Shown in pieces: positions 55,201-64,000 of a stretch of DNA of 64,000 nucleotides; position 1 is the first letter of the stretch; each line of letters opens with the position of its first letter. Below the pieces are notes generated by a model. That model made no database searches. It was not told the DNA's origin and saw only the letters and a list, made by a program, of their open reading frames with translations. A program made the position numbers and the translations under genes. The stretch is from the human T2T-CHM13v2.0 reference genome, Homo sapiens. The stretch is taken from the NCBI RefSeq assembly GCF_009914755.1, contig NC_060928.1. One strand, 5' to 3'.

Positions 55201-56246
55201 AACTAAATTTTGACAAGCACACTAGGAGGACACAATAATAAAAGATTGGTCTTGTCAACGAATAGTGCTTGGAAATTTGTATTTCCACATGCAAAATAAT
55301 GAAACTGGACTCTAATACTATACACAAAAATCAACTCAAAATGGATAAAAGACCTGTATATAAGATCAGAAATCATAAGACTTCTAGAAGAGAACATAGA
55401 GGAAAGCCTCCTGGACATTGGCCTTTGCAATTATTTTTTGGATATCACACCAAAAGCTCGGGCCACAAAAACAAAAATAAATTAATGTGATTACATCAAA
55501 CTAAAAAGCTTCTGCACAGCAAAGGAAACAATCCACAAAATGAAACAGGAGCTTATAAATTAGGAAAAAGTATTTGTAAACCGTGTATCTGGTAGGGGTT
55601 ACTATCCAAAATTTAAAGAACTCATACAACTCAATAGTGAAAAAACAAATAACCTGATTTTTTAAATGGGCAAAAGTTCTCATTTCTCCAAAGAAGACAT
55701 AAATATGGCCAACAGGTATATGAAAATGTGCTCAACATTATTAATCATCAGGGAAATACAAATCAAAACCACTATGAGATACCAACTCACACATGGCTAT
55801 TATCAACAAGTCAAAAGACAGCAAATGTTGGTGAGGGTGTGGAGAAAAGGAAACTCTTGTACATTGTTGGTGGGGATGTAGACTGGTACAGCCATTGTGG
55901 AAAACAGTGTGGAAGCACCTAAAGAAATTTAAAATAGAACTACTATATGACCCAGCAATCCCTCTTCTGAGTCTATACCTAAAGAAAGTGAAATCACCAC
56001 CCTCTAAAGATATCTGCAATCTCATGTTCATTGTAGCATTATTCACAGTAGCCAAGATATGGAAACAATCTAAGTATCCACTGATGAATGAATAGATAAA
56101 GGAACTGTGATATGATATGATATGATATGATACGATATGATATGATATGACATGTTCATTGTAGCATTATCCACAATAGCCAAGATATGGAAACAACTTA
56201 AATGTCACTTGACAGACGAATGGATAAAGAAACTGTGGTGTGTGAG

Positions 56247-56277
<31 letters not shown>

Positions 56278-56710
56278 AATGGAATATTATTCAGCTCTAA
56301 AAAATAATGAAATCTTGCCATTTGCCACAACATGGATGAGCCTGGAGGACATTATGCTAAGTAAAATAAGCCAGACACAGAAAGAAAAATATTGCATGAT
56401 CTCATTTATATGTAGAATCCTAAAAATATCAAAAATACAGAGACATAGAATAAAACAGTGGTTACTAGGGGTATGGGGATCCAGGGGAGGAAATGGGGAG
56501 ATGTAGGTCAGAGGACACAAAGTAGGAGGTGTGTAGGATGAACTAATCTAGAGCTCTAATGTACAGCATGAAAACTATAGTTAATAAAATTGTACTATGT
56601 ATGGGTTTCATGCTAAACGAGTAGGTTTTAGCTGCTCTTGCTACTAAAACAAAAAAGAATAGGTAACTATGAGAGATGATGAATATGTTAATTTGCTTCA
56701 CTATAGTAAC

Positions 56711-57001
56711 TTTTTTTTTTTTTTTGAGACAGGGTTTCACTCTGTCATCTAGGCTGGAGTGCAGTGGAGTGACACTGTAGCCTTGGACTTCTGAGTTCAA
56801 GTGATCCTCCCACCTCAGCCTCCTGAGTAGCTGGGACTACAGGTGTGTGCCATCACACCCAGCTAATTTTGGCTTTTTTTTTTTACAGATGGGGCTTCAC
56901 TATGTTACCTAGGCTAGTCTCTAATTCCTGGCCTCAAGCGATCTTCCTGCCTCGGCCTCCCATAGTGCTGGTATTACAGGCGTGAGCTGCCAAGCCTGGC
57001 C
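56711..57001 (-). mobile_element. AluJ-type SINE nested in the L1 3' UTR
   Basis: Poly-T then Alu reverse complement; TSD tat(a/c)gtaac. Confidence 0.92.
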
Positions 57002-57086
57002 TATCGTAACCTTTTTACTATATATGGACCTTATAACATCATGTGGTATACCTTAAATATACACAATAAATTTTATTTTAAAAAAT

Positions 57087-58243
57087 AGACAAAAGATTAA
57101 CTCAGAGTGGATCGATGATCTAAATAGAAGAGTTAAAACCATTAAAGCAGAAAACAAGTCTTTATGATCTTGGATTTTATAACAGATTCTTAGCTATGAC
57201 ACCAAGAGCACAAACATTAAAAGAAAAAATAAACTGAACTTCATCAAACTACTTTTTGCATCAAAGGACTTCTTCAAGAAGGTGAAAAGACAACAAAATG
57301 GGAGAAAATATTTGCAAATCATATATCTGATCATATCCAGAATATGTAAGGAACACTTACAATTTAATAACAATAAGGCAAACAACCCAATTTAAAACTG
57401 GGCAAAGAACTTGAATAGATATTTCTCCAAAGATATACAAATGGTCAATAGGTATTAGAACAATTGCTCAACATCATTAATCATTTAAGAAATGCAAATC
57501 AAAATCACAATGAGATACCACTTCACACCTGCTACAATGGCCATAATAAAAAGAAAAGAAAAATAACAAGTGTTAGCAAGAATGTGGAGAAATTGGAATC
57601 TGTGGGCATTGCTGGTGGGAATGTAATATGGTGTAGCTGCTGTGGAAAACAGTTTGGCAGTAACTCAAAAAAGTAATTGATTATTTGACTCATCAATTCC
57701 ACTCCTAAGTATATACCCAAAAGAACTAAAAACACTTACTCAAACAGACATTTGTACACCAATGTTCCCTGCAGCATTATTCACCATAGCCAAAAGGTGG
57801 AAACAATCCAAATGTCCATCAACAGATAAATGGATAAACAAAATTTACTATGCATATACTGTGGAATATTATGCAGGCATTAAAAAGAATGAAGTTATAC
57901 ATGCTACAACATGGATGAACCCTGAAAACATCATGCTAAGTTAAATAAGCCAGCCACAAAAGAAAAGCTATTGTAAGATTCCCCTTATATATCTAGAATA
58001 GGCAAATTCATAGAGACAGAAAGTCAATTAGAATCTATCAGGGGTTGGGGGAAGTGGGTAATGGAGAGTTATTACTTAATGGTCACAGAATTTCTGCATG
58101 GGGTGACAGAAAAGATTTGGAAACAAATAGTGGTGATTGCTGCACAATGGTGTTGTATGTGTAATTAATCCCACTGAATTGTAAACTTAAAATGGTTGGA
58201 ATGGCATATTTACATTATACATATTTTACCACAATAAAAAAAT
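57087..58243 (+). mobile_element. L1MB-type 3' fragment
   Basis: ORF2 end ([27 protein letters not shown]) and 3' UTR ending ttttaccacaataaaaaa. Confidence 0.88.
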
Positions 58244-58379
58244 CTTAAGATATGCTCATAACAGGTAGAAGCTATTACTTAAAGTTTTAAGTACCCTAAA
58301 ATTTCAAGTGTTTTTAAATCTAGTAGCCATTGCAGAAAATTGTTGCCTAGCAGGTCAGAAAATGAGGTCAGCACTACAA

Positions 58380-60003
58380 AGGAATTTGGGGGACAATGAA
58401 ACAGTTCTGTACATAACCATTATGGTGAATACATGACTGTGTATTTGTCAAGACCTGTAGAACTAGAGTTGAACAAACAAAGAAATTATAGATAATGACA
58501 GCTAGGTTTGTATCTGTGGGAGAAATAAATTACAAACAGGCTAAAGGAGGATTCTAGAACAATCCCTGTGCTAATGGACTAGAGTTAGAGATATCATTAC
58601 GAACTAATGTTTATTTAATATGTATACAGATGGATATACAGAAATAAATATAAACATATGGATTTGTATACACACAATCATTCGCTAGCTCTAAAAGCTG
58701 AGAGGGGCTATAAGCAATGACCATCTAGAGGCAATGGGGAATCCTAGGCGCCAGATTTTGGGTTCTAAATGCCATTCTCCGATAAAAGGAACCATGTTTC
58801 TTAAAGAAACGGGTGATTCTTGGGCTGGAACATGGGAAATAGAAGAGGTTCATCTTTCAACGACAGAGGTAAGTTAGTGCTGAAAAGAAACATGCAAAAA
58901 GATGAGACAGCTCCTAATAATTTGAGCAATACAATAAACAAGAACAGTAATGAATCGTAACCCAAAAAGTAAAATAACTATCCATAAATCAATAAATATC
59001 CATGAGTCTATATACAACAGAAAGAAGGAAAGAGGAGGAGGGAGGGAGAGAGGAAGGGAAGGAGAGGAAGAAAAGAAGATAGGGAGGGAAGAGAGAGGAA
59101 AGAAGGAAGGAAGGAAGGAAGGAAGGAAGGAAGGAAGGAAGCAAAGAAGGGAGGGAGGGAGGGAGGAAGGGATTTTCCCTAACAGAATAATTCCAATTAA
59201 TACATGGAGAAGAAATGTGGAAAATAGAATGTCACCGTTAGGGTGCCACAGTTATAACTGCAGCAGGCAAGACCCACTGACAAATGCTAAAATTAGTGAG
59301 CAAAACTTTAAAGAGGATCAGGGCATTCACATTGCTTCAAAATATCTGCCATCAAATATTTATTAATAACTGTGGTAGTTTTAACACGTCCACAAATCCT
59401 TAAACACTCTCCCTCCAGGAAGTGAAGCTTAATACCCCTGGATTGGACATAACTCCAGGGTCTAGACTTCGTAACTCACTTCCAAAGGACAAAGTATGGA
59501 AAGGGGAAATGGCAGGCAGTACCTTAACCAAGTGATCAAGCCCAACATCACTAGTAATAACACATAGTGACATTCAGCACCCAAAGTCCATAACCTCAGT
59601 CTAATCATGAGAAAACATCAGACAAAACCAAACTGAAAGACGCTCTACAAAATATCCAACCACTGCTCTTCTAAAGTGTCAAGGTCATGAATGACAAAGA
59701 AAAACTGAGGAACTGTCATAGATTGAAGGAGATTAAGGAGGCATGACAACTAAAGGCCGTGCAGTATCCTAACCTGAATCCTGGAACAGGAGAAAGACAT
59801 GAGTGGAAATACTGGGGAAATCTAAATAGTCTGTAATTTAGTCAATTTGTTGAGCTCATCTTAATTTCTTAATTTTGATTATTGTACCATGGCTATGTGA
59901 GATATTAACATTATGGGAAGCCAGGTAAAAGGTATATGGGGACTGTCTGTACTATCTTTGCAAGTCTTCTGTAAGCCTAAAATTATCAAAATAAAGAGTT
60001 TAA
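58380..60003 (+). mobile_element. L1MC-type long 3' UTR with a GA-rich low-complexity insert at 59020-59170
   Basis: tctaatcatgagaaaacatcagacaaaaccaaactga...tctgtactatctttgcaa...aaaataaa. Confidence 0.7.
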
Positions 60004-60445
60004 AATTTGTTTAGCCTCAGCTGAATACAAGGGTTATACTCAGCAACTTGGAGTGGAAGGGTTTCAAACCCTGGTGACTGAAGTTGAAAATTAAAACAAC
60101 TCAGCAGTAACCACTTACTCCTTATTACCACTCACCAGGGTAATTTGTGTTCAAGTTTCCCAAACTAAAGTCTACCAGGAAATTGGCTAGGGGAGTGTTC
60201 TCGGTTGTTGCTCTGCCAGCTGGCCCTATTTCAATCCACCCAGCTGCAGGCCCTGCAGTGGACTAGGGAGATTCAGCTTCCAGTTCAACCCCTTTCTCCT
60301 GCTATCCCTGCATCATGGATGTAGTTTAGCCCTGGTGGGTAATTTGGATGTTTGGGATGGCTAAGCTGAAACAAAACAGATGGACAGATGGAAATTGGTG
60401 ATAATTGGTACTTTGTAGAAAGGTGAGAAAAGCATAAAGAATGTA

Positions 60446-61203
<758 letters not shown>

Positions 61204-62974
61204 TGAAAATGCATGCGGCATTGATGTAAGCATCTACCTTAAGGACAATGCAGAGGAAACCCTCTGGCTGACAGAAATTTTATTCCCTGAACTGACAACT
61301 ACTCTCACCTGATTAAATACAAACTTTCCATCCCTACCAGTATCTTTTTGACAACATCCAGAACAGGGATTTCCAACCTATCACCTCTGGAGCTCCTTGA
61401 AGAAGTAAAAGGGGATTGGGATTAAGTGGGATTTTGAATTTTGAATATTTCCAAATGTCTAATGAGATCATTTATTTACCTGTGATAAAACCACCCAGAA
61501 TAATATGTAAATTGTATTTGCTTCAGCTGGAATCACATCCACTCAGTATGGAAATATGGGTTATTTTTATTGTATTTTTATTTATAAAAAATAACTGATT
61601 AAAAGTGCTGATAGGAAGATATGTCTTAAATTTTCAAAAGAGGGAGATAAATGGACTATTAATGAATGACTTTTGTTCAGGAGGCAAAAACCTTTGAAAA
61701 CATAGGGTTCATGGGGCAGCAATGATTAGGAACTAGTGCACTACTGTGTAAGACAGATACCCTGCCCTTGGCTCTTGACTGTGAAAGTCCCCACTCCTAC
61801 CCCATCATCAGCATCCTCACCCCCAGCACTTCTTCCTACCCTGGAAAGCCTTTTCTGGTGATCTTTTCCTGTAAATTAGAAGTGCTTGGTAATTTAATGT
61901 CATCTTAATTGATTTATGCATATACAAGAAAGCTATCAACCTCAAAACATGCACATAATTCATAAAGACTTGAGTAAATATAGTGTCTATTTTTACATCT
62001 TCAGGATTACAATTTGTTATTTAAAATAGATTCTCTAAGAAAGATGAACTGAATTTAAATCATGTTTATTTATACTCCTTTTTCCAAGTTGCAAATTCAC
62101 TGTTAAATTGAAGTCTGCCTATGCCCACACACGAATTTCAGCTCATAGTAACAAGAATTTATATGGCTTTGATATTTACTAGTGTTAGATCCCTCTGGGC
62201 TAAAAGGATGTCAGTGAATTCAAGGTAATGTCATAAGCACAGAAAACACTGACTTTTAGAAATGTCTGGTGCCAAAAGATGATGAAAATACTTGTAATAC
62301 AGCACTTTATTCTTAGGATATTCTGAAATGCTTTATATCTTAAGATGTTTAAAAATCAATACTGCTTTTTACTTTATAGCTGGTTTACAAAACGTAGTAC
62401 ACATCCTTTAGAAGCTAAAAAACAACAACTGTAAATCCAATTTACCCAAGCATATAAAAATTTTCACAGAAGCAGAAAAGGTTCACCTAATATTTTAGGG
62501 ACAGAAATCTATATCTATGTAATGGATCACTGAAGTCTGCTAGTGAAATGTACTAGTTCCTAATCATTGCTGCCCCATGAACGCTGTGTTTTCAAAGGCA
62601 TTTGCCCCCTGAACAAAAGTCATTCATTAATAGTTCATTTATCTCTCTCTTTTTAAAATTAAAGACATATCTTCCTATTAATCAGTACTTTTGATCAGTT
62701 GTTAAATACATTAATTTATATTCAAAATTAATTATCTATCTCAAACACATTCCACAAAAAAATACACATATTAGGAACTCAAGGATCAAGATTTCTTTAA
62801 TCAGTGTACAAAATACATGAAAGGAAAGAACTGCTTCATTAGACCAAAGAAAATAGAAATACCCCAACCACCTTTATTTAATGCCATTTTGTTTTCTAAA
62901 ACACTAAAACTAAAGGAAGGATTAAGAGAGTAGAAATGTAAGAAAAATAATTTGACATGATGTTTTTTATAGTG

Positions 62975-63330
62975 TGATATGGTTTGTCTCTGTTTCCTGA
63001 CCCAAATCTCATCTTGAATTGTAATCCCCCCATGTCAAGGGAGGGAGGTGATTGGATCATGGGGGCAGTTCCCCCATGCTGTTCTCGTGAGAGGAGTGAG
63101 TTCTCAAGAGATCTGACGGTTGTATAAGTGTTTGGCATTTCCCCTGCTTGCACGTCTCTCACCTGCCACCTTGTAAAGAAGGTGCCTGCTTCCCCTACAC
63201 CTTCTGCCATGATTATAAGTTCCTGAGGCCTCCCTAGCCATGCAGAACTGTGAGTCAATTAAACTCTTTCCTTTATAAATTACCCGGTCTCAGGTATTTC
63301 TTTTTAGCAGTGTGAAAATGCACTAATACA
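62975..63330 (+). mobile_element. THE1/MSTA-type MaLR solo LTR
   Basis: tgatatggtttg...cactaataca; 5-bp TSD tagtg at 62970-62974 and 63331-63335. Confidence 0.92.
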
Positions 63331-63427
63331 TAGTGCTAGCCTGTATTTGCTTAAAATAATAAAATAAAAGCATAATTGGATAGTATTGGAATAATCATAT
63401 ATCAGAAAAACATCTTTTTTTTTTAAC

Positions 63428-63502
63428 CTCTCTGAGATTTTCTTGGCTTCTTAGATTAGGTTGAATGAACAACAATGTCTTCAGCTTTTCAAAATCTTTG
63501 CT
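63428..63502 (-). CDS. CNB-protein exon A (75 nt): SKDFEKLKTLLFIQPNLRSQENLRE
   Basis: Acceptor cactttgttttatag|AGC; weak donor GAG|gttaaa. The L..L...P..RS.E..+ motif is typical of the helix before the CNB domain in CNBD2/Epac-type proteins; in frame with exon B. Confidence 0.8.
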
Positions 63503-64000
63503 CTATAAAACAAAGTGTATTTACATTGAATGCATCTCACTTGTCCCATGGACACAACTTCTTCTAAAAACTTGGAAAGGATTTATTGCCTGTGGAACAT
63601 GAGGTGTTATGTTTAATTTTGCACATACATTTTGTTGAAATGACTTTAGGAAACAGATTTACTTAAAACAATTGAAGCACCAAGCACGGAATTCACTGGT
63701 CATGTTATAGATAGACAAGTTTAATTATAACTAAGACAATAGGCCCATTATAATAAATTGAGAGTTGTTTGCATAATGAAATGCTATTTCTTGAGTTATG
63801 ATTATGATTTACCCTATGAATATAGCTTAATTTCAGATCAACTAAGTCAAATAGGGTTCACATTCACCAAACAGATTTCATGTACCTATAAAAAAGGGTC
63901 AATAGTAGTCATTTTCTTTTTATCTAGGGAATTCAGTTTGAAAATTTGTATTACCAACTAAGGGCTATGACATAAGGTGAAACACAACTCAGTTCAGTTG

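Overview
Primate genomic DNA, almost certainly human (it carries an AluYa5). It is AT-rich and dense in interspersed repeats: Alu, L1, L2/MIR, LTRs and DNA transposons. Nearly all ORFs in the supplied track are repeat-derived or chance. The main signal is largely invisible in that track: six minus-strand exons (63428-63502, 50711-50799, 44724-44883, 42033-42116, 23401-23465, 4487-4564), all bounded by AG/GT and phase-compatible. They splice into a stop-free 551-nt frame (183 codons) encoding a complete cyclic-nucleotide-binding (CNB) domain plus the start of a second one. The architecture resembles CNBD2/CRIS, but the sequence differs from CNBD1, CNBD2, Epac, PKA-R and PKG as I recall them. 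The gene appears to run off both ends of the window. The conserved phosphate-binding-cassette Arg is Leu, so it is either a divergent, possibly unannotated gene or a recently inactivated unitary pseudogene. Also notable: an L1 3' transduction bounded by a 15-bp TSD, a young AluYa5, a near-perfect RFX X-box, a (TG)13 tract at an exon acceptor and a palindromic AT minisatellite grown from an Alu tail. Repeat boundaries and subfamily names were assigned by eye and are approximate.
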